Shown piece after piece: positions 24,844 to 38,600 of a DNA stretch of 64,000 nucleotides. Every line of letters starts with the position of its first letter. The stretch's first letter is position 1. Where the stretch lies: assembly GCF_026210795.1 (NCBI RefSeq), contig NC_089432.1:5270001-5334000 (forward strand). Reading direction: 5' to 3'. The notes under the pieces were generated by a model. It was not told where the DNA came from, searched no databases, and saw only the letters and a program-made list of their open reading frames with translations. Both the position numbers and the translations under genes were made by a program. Source of the DNA: Rhizophagus irregularis. Taxonomy: Eukaryota.

Positions 24844-26600
24844 AACCAATCAATTTATTCAAAAGCATTTTTTATCTATTTGCTATTATTTAATGACACT
24901 TAGTATCTACATAAAATTATCAATATATTATGAAAATAGGCCTAAATAATCCAAAAATACATGATAATTGACCATATTATTTTAGAATATTTTTGCTATG
25001 TAGTTTTTTTTACTATGAAACATTCATTGTTGTATAAAATTATTTAATATTCTGCTTTTTATTAGTTACATTTAACCCTGATAACAATCTATATTTATTT
25101 TTTTCATCTGTTACGCTTATACGCAGTAATAAATATAGCGATGATAAAGCGCCTATCCCATTTTCAATTGGTATGGGCGTTTATGCGATTACTTTTTTTG
25201 AACCTTCTAAAAGGAAAGGAAATTAATACTCCAAGTTTTCTTTTAAGTGAGGATACGGTAAAATTGAATATAATACTCCGATTCGTAGAAATAAAATTAC
25301 GATAATATTTTTTTAAAAGAATTCCTATAATATATGTGATACGGTAAGTAAGCAATTTATTTTGTAATATCAGAATAAAACCGTTGTTTGATAAAAAAGG
25401 AAGTAAATGAATAAAATAATCTGTGAAAAACTAATAACCAAATATATAAATTTTTTCTTCATTTAGATGGATAAGATACTCCATTCTCATCAGTATGGGT
25501 GTAGCAAGCATATTTAGAGGGAATGACATGATATTTTTTTTTTCTACTTAAATTCATATTTTGAAAATTTAGTAATATCTAGTAGAAAGTCTTGAATTTA
25601 AAGTCACATGATCAATTTTAGTTACATGTTCAGCGACTAAACCATAACGAGCCTATAATGAACGCTGGAAGATCTGATTTTAATCCAAATTTATTGAATG
25701 GATTACGTAGTGAATTTGTTATATTTTAAAGTTACCGTATTTATTATCAATTGATAATTTAGTTAATTAATAAGTTTGTTAAAATAGAAATAATGAATAA
25801 TCCAACTAATATTAAATATTAAATCATACATTCCGTACTGTAAATAGTAAACCGTGTCATACACTCTTGATTTTGGTTATAAATAATCGTTCACAATATA
25901 AAATACTAAAAGGATTTCCTATAGTCGCTAATCTATAGTAATGGCGATAATTTAGTATAATAATAAGATTGATTAAAATCCGATTATTTTAGTCGAATCC
26001 AAAGATAAATTCGTTTCGATGTCAAAGGAGAACTTAAAGAAAACGTCATCTATTTTAAGATTAATTAATTGTTTTGATAGTTTTTTTCTGTTTCATAACT
26101 CCATTGATTTTGGTAAATCAAAATGTCGATGGTGATAATCAAAATCTATTTTTTATTTATTTTTTTTATAAGTAATTATTTTTAACTTTTAACAATTAAA
26201 ATTTTCTTTAATTCTTTAATGGATATATTTAGATTGATTTAACCGATTAACCAAAAATGTGAATGTACCACATGGTGATTCAACAATTCAGTTTTTTTTT
26301 TTTGAACTATTGATCCTTTTTTTTCTTTTATTCTTGAACCAAAAAGTATTTCATTCTATAAAATTGGTATGAATGAAAAGTTTAATTGTTAAAATGGATA
26401 ACCATTCTTTCTTAGAACATTCAATCGGTATAATAAAAAGCGATCGTCGATTTTTCATTTTCATTTTTTTTTTATTATTTCAAAAAAAAATATATATAAA
26501 TATTATCAATTATTTAGAAATTTTTTTTTTTTTCCTTATGACTGAGACTAAAATTTTATTTGCTTTATCAACGATTTTTTAACGAATTAATTTGTTTAGT

Positions 26601-29600
26601 ATGGAACACGATGACACCAGCGACTCCCAGGACAAGTTTGATAATCATAAAGATGATAACTTTTCATCTTCAGTAGGATACAAGAGAAAGTCATATTATA
26701 GAGTACAAAGAGATGAAATAACTCGTTATTCAAAAAATCAAGTCAGTAATGTCTCAAACTCTATTTATACCGTGAGAAACCGAAGAAAATTTGAAATTAC
26801 AGATGATAAAAATGACAATATCAGCAACACCCAGATAAAGGATAATTATGAAAAAAGTGACTTTTCTTCTTCTGGGTGTGTTAATAAGAAGAAAGAGCCC
26901 AAGTTTTATGGGGGACAAATAGACGAAATCACTCGATATCCGAAAAATAAAAATAGTCAAAATCTACCTATGTACGAAGGCAACCGAAAGAAATTAGACA
27001 ATATGGGAGACTCCTCCATGGATGAGAATGATGATTATGAAGAACAAATAGATGAAACCACTCGATATCTGAAAAATAAAGATCGTCAAAATCTACCTAT
27101 GTACGGAGGTAACCGAAGGAAATTAGGCAATATGAACGACTCCTCCCAGGATGAGAATGATGATTATGAAGAACAAATAGATGAAACCTCCCGATATCAG
27201 AAAAATAATAATAGTCAAAATCTACCTATGCATAACGGTAACAAAAAGAATTTGGATAACACAAGTGATTCCTCCCAGGATGATTATGATGAACAAGCAG
27301 ATGAAACTACTAGATATCCAATTAATCAAAATAACAAAAATAAGTCTATGCATGGAGGTAACCGAAAAAAACTAGGCAATATGAACGACTCCTCCCAGGA
27401 TGAGAATGATGACCATGAAGAACAAATAGATGAAACCACTCGATATCCGAAAAATAGAAATAGTCAAAATCTACCTATGCACGGAGGTAACCGAAAAAAA
27501 TTAGGCAATATGAACGACTCCTCCCAGGATGGGAATGATGATTATGAAGAACAAATAGATGAAACAGCTAGATATCCAAAAAATAAAAATAACCAAAATC
27601 AGTCTAAGCATAGAGATTACCGCAGGAAATTAGACAATATGGGTGGTTCTTCCCAGGATGAGAATGATGATTATGAAGTACAAATAGATGAAATCACTCG
27701 ATATCTGAAAAATAAAAATAGTCAAAATCTACCTATGTACGCAGGTAACCAAAGGAAATTAGACAATATGAACGACTCCTCCCAGGATGAGAATGATGAT
27801 TATGAAGAACAAATTGATGAAACTACTAGATATCCAAAAGATAAAAACAATCAAAATCTGTCTATGCATGGAGGTAACCAAAAGAAGTTAGATAACAATA
27901 GTGACTCCTCCCAAGATGAGAATGATGAATATAAAGAGAGTGACTTTTTATCTTCAGGTCATGCTAATAAGAAAAAAGAACGGGAGCTTTATTATGAAGA
28001 ACAAATAGATGAGACCACTAGATATTCAAAAAATAAAAATAATCAAAATCTATTTATACAAAGCGATAATCGAAGGAAATTAGATGATAACAATGTTTGC
28101 GATTCCCAAAATAGTCAAAATTTAACTAGAGATAATAGAGATAATTATAGCGGTAATAGTCAAGGAAAAAATCGGAAACCAAATAATAGTAGTTCCATAT
28201 GGCCTAACTTGACTACCATGCCTGGCATGATTAATAGATGGATGCCTGGTAGTAGCAAAGACGAAGATGAGATCAAAGTTATTTTCCATGTTCATTTTCC
28301 GGAAGGTATTGATAAAGTTGGAAACCCTGTAGTTCTTGGTAATGTAAAAGAATTAGGATCTTGGAAAAGTCCTATTGTAAAACTTAGTCCACAAAATCGA
28401 ACATATTGGCGATCCAGTCCAGTTATTATATCATTATCTTCTGTAAGAGGCGAAATTCAATATAAATATGCTATTCACACACCAAAACCTGTTTTTCGCG
28501 GAAAAGAAAAAATTGAATTTGAAGGGGTTAATTACGGAGACAATCGCATATTAAATATTAAGAGAAATGACCAATTTGATATTTTCAAAAGCAATCATCA
28601 ATTACCTCGTTTATCTTATATACACGACTTTGCATTTGTGGATTACATTTATAATTCTATAAATGCTGACAACCTTAAAGCTAAAGTTATGGAATACCAA
28701 CACTTATTAACTCTTCACAATGATTATACAAACCGTGCGTCAAATCTCGATTTCATTGCCGATCGCATTGATGTAGAAAACAAAGATAAACGACTTTTCT
28801 TATGTTTTCTCTTAGGACATTATACTTCAAGAAGACGAGGTTCACTTTATGAATTACAGAATAAATTTCAATCTGGTTTGTTGCTTGATGCACTTGAAGA
28901 CTATAAACAAGATACTTTACCTTCAAACATCAAAAATCAGATGTCTAGTGCCATTATAATTTTAATTCAGCATAATGCTTTTCAGATGCAATTTGATTGG
29001 CTCATTATTTTTACAATTGCATCTGAAGTTGACCCTAATTTTTCTTTCATTGACCATTTAAAATCTTTAAAATATTCTAATGACAAATTAGTAAAATTTA
29101 TTCAAGGAATTGAAATTATCAAATCTTATATTGATGGCATTGAACCTGAATTCTATATTAAGGTTGCGAAGGTAAATTTTAATATAATTATTGTGTCAAT
29201 TTTACTTACAATATATCTTTTTTAAAAAAAAATTATTTCTTTACAGTGGTTAATTCAATTGTGTCACAATTTGGATCATCTTTTTGTACTTTGGAATGAT
29301 ATTCTCTTACATAGCAGCGAACTTGACAAAAGTATTTTTAAGTACTTTATTGAACAAATTCGAGAAAGTATCTCTTGTGATGATGCTGTTGCTTTAGAAA
29401 ATAATTTTAAAAGACTCAAAAGAGATTATCGTCAAGATGTATCTGAAGTTTTCCGGTCTCGTACATTATTTTTACTTGAAGGTTCAAACAGAGATTGGAC
29501 AAATGAAAATATCACTGCTATTAACAACCTTCTTCATGAGGATAACCTAAACTGGGGCAGAGAGGAAGTTATTCGATCATTAGATTTAACATCTCAGTCA

Positions 29601-32600
29601 AATACCTTGGAATTATTAAATATATTTCCTGTAATTTTAGATAATTGGTTTCGTAATAATTTTTCCGACACTAAAGAAAAAAAGATACCAAAAATATGCA
29701 TGACTTGGTTTAAAAATCTTTTAAACAAACTTGACACGGGTACAAGCACAAGAAATAGAAAAGAAAACAACATTGTGTTTTCAGTATTTTTACATTTAGA
29801 ACGCTTATACCCATTGCTTGGTAATCGAAAAAATGTTTGGCAAAGTTTAACAACTACTGCTATTGATAGAGTTAGAGTATGCTCGGAATCTCAAATATTT
29901 GGCGCGACAAAGTTTATAGTACAGATAAAAGAACAAGATATTAGAACGTTATTTTTAGATTTGATAAACGAAATGCTGAATAAGGCCGTACAACAAATTG
30001 ATGATCAACTAATAAATAAAATTTATACAATATGCAATTGCAAAGGAAAGACTTTGGAAGTCCCAAACACGTAAGTTCTTTAAAAAATTTGATCTTTTTG
30101 TTAAATACAATTTACTTATATATAAATATATATTTATTTATTTATTAATTTATAATTATTAGAGTGAGCGAAGAAATTTTGTATCATATCATTACTAGAT
30201 TACAAAACCAATCATCCGCATCTGATCCTTCGGAACATCATTTAAATATTCTAAGAGCAAGTCAATTTTGGAGCATTATATTACGTTCTACTGGAAATGT
30301 TACAAAACTTCATTCAAATCCATTTGTTCAACGTGTTAAAAAGTCTATCAATGACCTTGGCGGATTACTCCGTGAAAAGAAGATTGATATACAATTGTTA
30401 CAACAACTCTTAGAGTTTTCTGATGAAATATTATTTCGACACTTCGATGCAGCTGTTTCTAAAAAGAAAGCCATAGTTGATGTGATTGTATCTCGAGATG
30501 AAATTGCAGAACTTAGAAAGCTTTGTGGCAACTTTCAACTTCAACTTGATATACTTTTCAAGTTTTATAACGAATTTTGTCCAATTTCTCAAGTAACAGA
30601 TGTGGATGATTACATTCAAGACGTAAAGAAACATATGGCCAGTTCAAATAAAGTGACGTTGAGAGAAGTGTTATCACCAGATTATTGGGCGTTCCATGAA
30701 AAAACTTTGATCATTTCAAGACGTTGCTACAAATATATTCAATCTCGATCTTTTCGAAATATTTTTGAAGATTGTATCAAGAAAGACACTGCCGCAACAA
30801 ATGTAGACTACATAGCGCAAAAATTAATACCAGCTGTTTTTAAAGAATACGATACTTACTGTGAACAATTTAAGAAATGGGAAAAACTCGAAGTTTCATA
30901 TGCATCTTTGTTCTGGCATAATGTTACAGATATTAATATGGAACTTGATTTAATGGGTTATAAAGGCTATAAGAACCAAGAGTTTCTACAAACCATTAAC
31001 CATCTTTCAAAAATTCCTCATTGGATTAACCGACTTGAGGAGTTAGACACAGTTGTAAAGCTTTTTAAAATAGCACAAGATGATTGGTTAATTAAATCAC
31101 TTAAATTTTTAAGTGACGGACATTTGAAACTCAATCAAATAAATGGGTTTTTCAATTATCTTAATGAAAATATTTCCAATGTTGATCAAGAATGTTGGAA
31201 GTTGATAAAAGAGCTATCAAATGCTGATGGTTTTATAAGTTTTTTAGAAGAAATTGCCGAACACGATATTAAAGATTTGATAAATGATGAGGATGACCAT
31301 TCGGATGAAAGATTGGTTCAAGAGGATACAGTTTCATCACTTATTCAAGTCAAGCAAATTTTATTGCCATTTATGAATAAGAATAAAAAAGATGATATCG
31401 CTAGTTTTTTAGCTTCACTATCAAATATTATAAAAAAGAATCCTACTTTAGAGGAGAAGATTGCATTATGTAACGGTTGTCATATAGCGTTACGAAATAT
31501 ATATAAGAACATTCCAGATCGTGGCGAAGTAACTAAGGAAAAAATCAAAAATGCCGTACTTAATGGGAGTTATACTTTTGGAAGTGATGAAAAAGATGAC
31601 AAGTGTTTTGTTTTATTAAATTATACCTCTAGAACTTCTAAATCAAAGGTGTTGATGACATATAATATGAATGAAATTTTGGATTTACGTGAACGAGCCA
31701 GCCTTTTAATTGCAAAACGGCCAAAACCTAAGATAAGCGTCAACAATAAAGATGAGGAAATTTCTAAAAAAAATATTTTGGATGAATTTACTGTCCAAGT
31801 CGATATTGCGCAAGAAATTATCAAAGTAGTATCCGTGTTAATGCAATTGGGACATTTTGATTACAAAATGTTCGAATATGAATTAATGGGAACAGATAAA
31901 ATGAAAGATTATTTAAAATTCTTAAAGAATGAGCTCAAAAACTGGTAAATATATTATTTTCCCTTCCTTCAGAGCATAATATATAAATGAAAGATTATAA
32001 CAAACTTCATTTCTTACCAATTGCAGGCAAACAATAGTTGATCACGCACAAGAACAGTGTTATTATTTAACATTCTTCCCTGCTCGTCATATTTTAGCAT
32101 TCTATGATTATTTCACATCGGAAAAACCAGATAAAGAAAATGAAGAAGAATGTAAAACATTGGTTAGATTTGTGAACAACAAAGCTAAATTACCATCTCG
32201 TAAGGATATTCAAGGAATTTCACGTGGATCTAAAGATTATCGCAAGATTCTATGCGAGATTGGAAATGAATTAGAAAAAATTTTTAAAAGTATTCCAAAA
32301 CAATCACGCGGCGGACTTAAAGCTGCTGAGGTTTCCGGACAACGCACAACGCTGAATATTATTAAAAAGGGTAAATTATTTATTGCTGCTTGTGCTGACA
32401 AAACAAGAGTTCCAAACATTATTATGTCATTATATGTCAATAATGGGAATTATCCAGAACCGTGGCAACTCTTAATATGTACTACTTCAACTACTATGGA
32501 GGAATTGACTATCTTCATAAAAAGAAGTTTCTTTGCATCAAACAATGGATATGAAAATCACTTATTTTGTATTGCAAATTTAGAATTATTAGACTTTGAA

Positions 32601-35600
32601 CTACAATATTATTTAGTTAATCAAATTAGATCAATGCGAGATCAAAAAGATTTTCTTCTAGCGCTTATTTGTTACAGAGAAAATGGAATTCAACATTACA
32701 TTTTGGATCAATTTTCTTCAGATGTCGTTGAAACCAACGGATTAAATAATGAATCTATGAGAGGAATTTATAAGGAATTGTGTAAGAATGTTATATGTAT
32801 TTCTTCCGACTTATCGGGACAAGGCAAAACTGAATGGATTAAAGAAGTTAGTTTCAATAAAAAGAGATTCCCACGTAGCTTTTTAATAAGCGATGATATG
32901 GAATTTGGCAGACTTGTACGTCAATTTAAAGAATGTAAACTCCAACCAATAGAAAGTTTACATATCAATATAGTATCATCTAACTTTCCTAGAGACGTCA
33001 ATATGTTTTTATTTGAATTATTAACTTTGGGTATAGTCTCTACTAATGTTAATATAGCTTACCTACCTCTTTCAGAAACACCTATATATATATTTATCGA
33101 AATAGCTTCAACTACTGAACAATATTTACTTAATTCTCTTCCTATGGCAGGATATTTATTGTCCAAACATTTAACTTGGGATATTGAAAGTTTGAAGATC
33201 TCTCAAGAAATTACTAGTCCAATTCAGATTACTTGTAATTATTTGAATTTATTAGATTTTGATGAGATAGATGCAAAAGAAATCCTTTTCCGGACAGATA
33301 ATGCAATTAAAGAACCGTTACCAGTGGAACGTTGTCAAAACCTTATTAAGAAATATTTTTTTAACGAAAACAACAAAGATATTTCCTCATTTAGATTTGT
33401 TGAAATATTTGTTAATGTTCTAGCAGATCAATTAGTTCGATTTTCATCAAGTTTATTCTTTACAGTAGATAATCTGAGATTAATGGTAAAAGAAACTACT
33501 AATATTAGAAAACTCATATTAAAAACATTAGTGGATGGTTCAAAAGATTTTGCAACTAGATCTATTAAAACAAAAGAGGCACAGTTGGAATCTACAAATG
33601 CTGAAGATGAAAACATTCGTCTTGGTACAATTGTTCAATGGGACGACTCAAATCATCTTATAGTATTTTTCAATTCTCAAACTCCTGATACAATAACTAC
33701 CTTATATCGTGACAGAACTAAAATTCACGAAAATGTTAAGACTTTATTAAAAAGTCAAGTAATTGGAGATAAAACAAAATGGGAGTTAGATGATTATAAT
33801 TCGATGTCTACATATGCTCTATTTATGAAATTGGAATATTTAGCGCGAAAATCGACGGAAAAATTAAATATTCCTGAATACGCTTTATCTAGTGATAACC
33901 TAATAAAAATGGCCTTAATTCTTTTAAGAGCACGTGCGAATATTCCAGTTATAGTTTGTGGTGAAGCAGGCTGTGGCAAGGTGATTATGTTTTGTTGTTA
34001 TTTATTTTCATTATCACTTTTTTTAAATATTCTACTTGAATTTTATATCTTTTATAGACAAGTTTGATTACCTATTTAGCTATGATGGTTGAAGTTCAAT
34101 TCCAGGCTCTTAATCTTCATGCCGGAATTGATGAAAAAACTATTATGATGTTTATGGATAATTCTTTGGAAAAAGCAGAAAAAGGCGAGATTTGGCTATT
34201 CTTTGATGAGATCAATACTTGCAATTATATAGGTCTACTTGCTGATTTAATATCTCATCGAATGTTCAATGGAAAATTAATACACCCAAATATTCGTTTA
34301 TTCTCTGCCTGCAATCCCTACCGCCTTCGTACAAAATCCCAAAGTGTGGCTGGTTTAACAAATAGGGTTAAAAAATTTGAAGAACGAAGTAATCTTGTTT
34401 ATCAAGTCAAACCACTTCCTGATCAAATTTTAGATTATGTTTGGGACTATGGTATTCTAAAACCAAAAGATGAATATAGATATATTCAAATTATGGTAGA
34501 AAAAGAACTGAAAAATTTAGCACATCCCGTATTTGCGGAACTTTTATTTGCTTCTCAAAATTTTATTCGAAAAGTTGAAGAACCATATAATGTGAGTCTA
34601 CGTGATGTCAAGCGAGCTATAAGATTGGTGGTATTCTTTTATAAATCTCTTCAAAATCGTCCTGCTTACAGAAATGGACATGTATATCCACCACCTGGAA
34701 ATCCAACCATATTGACTAGATCTTATGTTCTAGCACTTAGTATTTGTTATCATTCTCGATTATATGAACAAGATTTACGTAGACAATATCGTTATGAAAT
34801 GGGACAAATATTACACAATCACAAAGCATTTGTAGGAGAAAATATGATTGCTAAAATTATTCGTGAAGAACAGGAGGATTATATTAAGAGGATGCGATGT
34901 CCACCTAATACAGCATATAACGAAGCTTTATTAGAAAATGTTTTAGTTATGATCGTATGCATCTTGACAAGAATCCCTCTGTTCCTTATAGGAGCACCAG
35001 GCTCTTCAAAATCTTTATCAATTCGTCTTATAAGCTCAAATTTACGTGGAACCGATTCATATGATAAATATTTTAGGGAATTACCACAGATTAATTTAAT
35101 TCCACATCAAGGTTCTTCATCTTCAACTTCTGATGGTATTATCAAAGTTTTTGATAAAGCGAATAGGTTTCAGGAAACAACTTCCACTCAATTTCCTGTT
35201 ATTAGTGTTGTTTTACTTGATGAAGGTAGTTTCGTTTATATTTAATATATTACTAAGTTTTTCGCATTATTTATTATTTATAATATTTTCTGTTTGTCAT
35301 AATTTTCTTTTTTCATGTGTCATTCTATAGTTGGTTTGGCTGAAACAAGTCCTTACAATCCATTAAATGTGCTTCACTCTTTGCTTGAACCAAGTTATCC
35401 AGCCACAGGGCCAACTGTTTCAGTGATAGGAATATCTAATTGGCGCTTAGATAACAGTAAAAGTAGTCGTGCACTGCTTGTTCAGAGGTACATTTTAAAT
35501 AACAATCGTTGTATTATTTACAATTTTATTATATACACTTATAATTTTTCTTACGTTTTTTTGCAGACCACAATTTGATTTGGATGATTTAGTTGATACA

Positions 35601-38600
35601 GCTGAACATTTATTAAAAAAAAGAGTTATGAGATCTCAAAGGGTGGCTTTAAGACCTTTTGCTAAAGCATATTTGAATTATGAAAAACATGGACAATCTT
35701 TGCCTAATTTCCACGGTCTTCGTGATTATTATGCGTTGATTAAGCGACTTTCATTATGTGAAATGACTCCAGAGAATATTCAAATAGCATTAGCTCATAA
35801 TTTTGGAGGAACAGAGAATCATGTCAAATTATGTGAAAAGTATTTTGGATATGTTCTAAAGATATTTAATAATTATAGGCCATGGTTATATAAACAAATT
35901 CCAATTGAACAATTAATCGCCTCAAATTTAGATGATTCTGATGCACGTCATTTAATGGTTATCGGTAAAAGTGATTCAATTGTAAATTTATTGACTTATC
36001 AGTTAAGAATGAGAGACTTGGATCCTGTTGTTATTTTAGGATCTCAATTTCCCGATGATCGTGATGATTATTATTATAATGTTTTGAGGAGAATCATGGT
36101 AATAATTTATAAGAAATATTCTTTCTTTATCCATATTATGTATAAACATAATTTTATGATTTTAGATGTGCGTTGAAACTGGTAGACCATTGATTCTAAC
36201 AGACTTGGAAATAATTTATGGTAATTCTTTTTTTATCTGTCAACTTAAGTGTAATACTTATTTATATTAAATGATTTTTTATATTTCAATAGGGAGTCTT
36301 TATAATTTATGGAATCAAAATTATATCGCTGTGGGAAGTGAAGATAATGTCAAATACTTTACAAGAGTTGCACTTGGAGCATATGCTAATCCTATGCTGT
36401 AAGTAAATTTATTAAATATATCGTATATATTTATTATTTTATTTTAAGTATTTTAAATAATAATGAATTTTAGTTACGTTTCTCCGAATTTTAAATGTAT
36501 TCTTGCCATGGATGAGAAGAATATGGCTTCAGCTGATCCTTCACTTCTTAATAGGTTTGAAAAGCAAAAACTGTCAATAAATGACACTCTTAATGATAAA
36601 CAAAAATTACTTGTTGAAAATTTAGGTGATTGGGCAAGAAAAATGTCAACTTTGATTGGAGTTAATCCAATAACTCAATTACGTAATAAATTCACCCAGA
36701 AGAATCTATTCATTGGATTTGATGATGAAACCTTACAAAGTTTAATTATTGACATCACAAAGAATAATCCAGAAGCAGATAATGATGAAATTTTAGAAAA
36801 ATGCAAGGAATGTTTAATTGCAACAGCATCCTTTGACGGAGTTGTAAGAGCCGAACAATCAGCTTTAGAAAGAGACGAAGTTGATCGATGGAAGCAGGTT
36901 TATTTCCGAAAACAGCATCACAATAGTCTTTATGATTATTTTGCTAATCAAAAAGATGCGTTATCAGATCCTAATGGACATTTAGTGATTATAAATACAT
37001 TTTCTAATATCAATACGGATGTTAAATCTTGTTTACAAGAACTTGCAAGTTGTCAAGTAGATAAATTGTCGATTTTCAAAACTGAAGCTCAGCTTTCAAA
37101 TCGGGTTAGTCAAAGCAATAATTTAATAAGTTAATACATGCTTTCTTAGGTAACTTATTACAACTCCATACTTATAGGTAAAACACTTCTGGTCAGAATC
37201 AACCGATCAAATGTTAATTCTTCAATGTGATTTAACTACCGTTAATACTGGATGTATTAAACTAGCCAAATTCATTATTGAACAATTTCGAAATGAATAT
37301 ATATCAAAGAGAGATCAAATGGAGCGGGAAATGCCTACGAAGCATGCATGTATCATTCTTCATATTCATCGAGATCAGGAATCCACTTTTACATCTTTTA
37401 ATTTCATGTGCGGTTGGAAACAAATGACTATTGAAACATTATCAGGAAATGACGTTCCTACATCAGGTCTCCTAAATGGATCGTTAACTCGTATTGTTAA
37501 TTCTATTTATCCATTCGAAAAAATTTTACAACAAGAACTCTTATGGTGTTTATCGTGTATGAAATATCCATCGAACGACAAGTCAATCAATCATAGAAAG
37601 TAAGTGACATTGTTTATTTTTATGATATTTAATAATTACATTTATTAAGAATTTTTTTTTTTGCGTAAAATTATTTTTTAGGACATTAAACGAAAATATT
37701 CTAAAATATCCATATTTTATTGAATGTTTGAAAAAAAGAGTTCTTGAATGGGTTGAAGAAAATTCTACAAGTGACTGGCAATATAAGATAGCATCAAATA
37801 AACAAAATTTATATCCATACCCTTCATTTTCTGCAGCACAAGAAGCTCACGTTAGAACACTTTTTAGAAAACCGATAGCGCGGATTTTATGCGCTTTAGA
37901 AAGGTTATCGGCGATAAAAACATTTTTCTATGTTTCTGATCAAACAAAGTCAAACAAAGTAAACTATGAGAAATTACTTAAATTTTGGGAACAAATTTTT
38001 ATGGATAACAAAATTGTCAAAATTGATGATATACCAAATCCAAAACCTGATGGATATAATATGCCGGCGGAAAGTTTACTCGATCTTGAATTTCCTTTTT
38101 CATTTTATTATATGAAACAAATTGATAGTTTTAAAAGACATTATGAAGAAGAAATATTGATATTACAAAGGGATGATGACAAAATTGACGACGAAACCAA
38201 TGAACTTTACGATTATGTGATTGAAGATCATTTGAAAGGTTTCAAAAATAACCTTTTTACGTCAATTACGCAATTAAAAGATTCCCCTCTTGAATGGGAA
38301 TGGGCTTCAGAACTATATTTTAATGACTTTGTTACTGTTATTGCATCAAAAGATGCAAAAGATGGTGAGAAAAAAAATAAAAAAATGTTAGCATATATCT
38401 TAAAGTTACTTATTGGTGCTGATAAAATACGACAACCAATTTCCGTCCACGCATATTGGTGGAAAAATGCTAACGAAGTTTTGGCTCAATTACAATTAGT
38501 TCAAATGTCTCCAATAATTATTAAAAATATTGAAATTCAAGGAAATTCTATTGTAAGAGGAAGTCTAGAAAAATATCTAGTTAAAGAAGTGACTAAACTA

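Larger units (their letters stand above)
23400..26600 (+). repeat. Upstream region of copy B, paralogous to the upstream region of copy C (about 43640-47417)
   Basis: Collinear shared blocks, e.g. cagcgactaaaccataacgagcctataatgaacgctggaagatctgatttt at about 25631 and 46181, and gatgcaatctgctgcgtcca at about 24465 and 44821. Confidence 0.85.

Noticed and set aside
26910..27930. Regularly spaced repeats resembling a CRISPR array (also 48500-49680)
   Set aside because: The whole 129-bp unit repeats with no unique spacers, lies in frame within a eukaryotic exon, and has no cas genes nearby.
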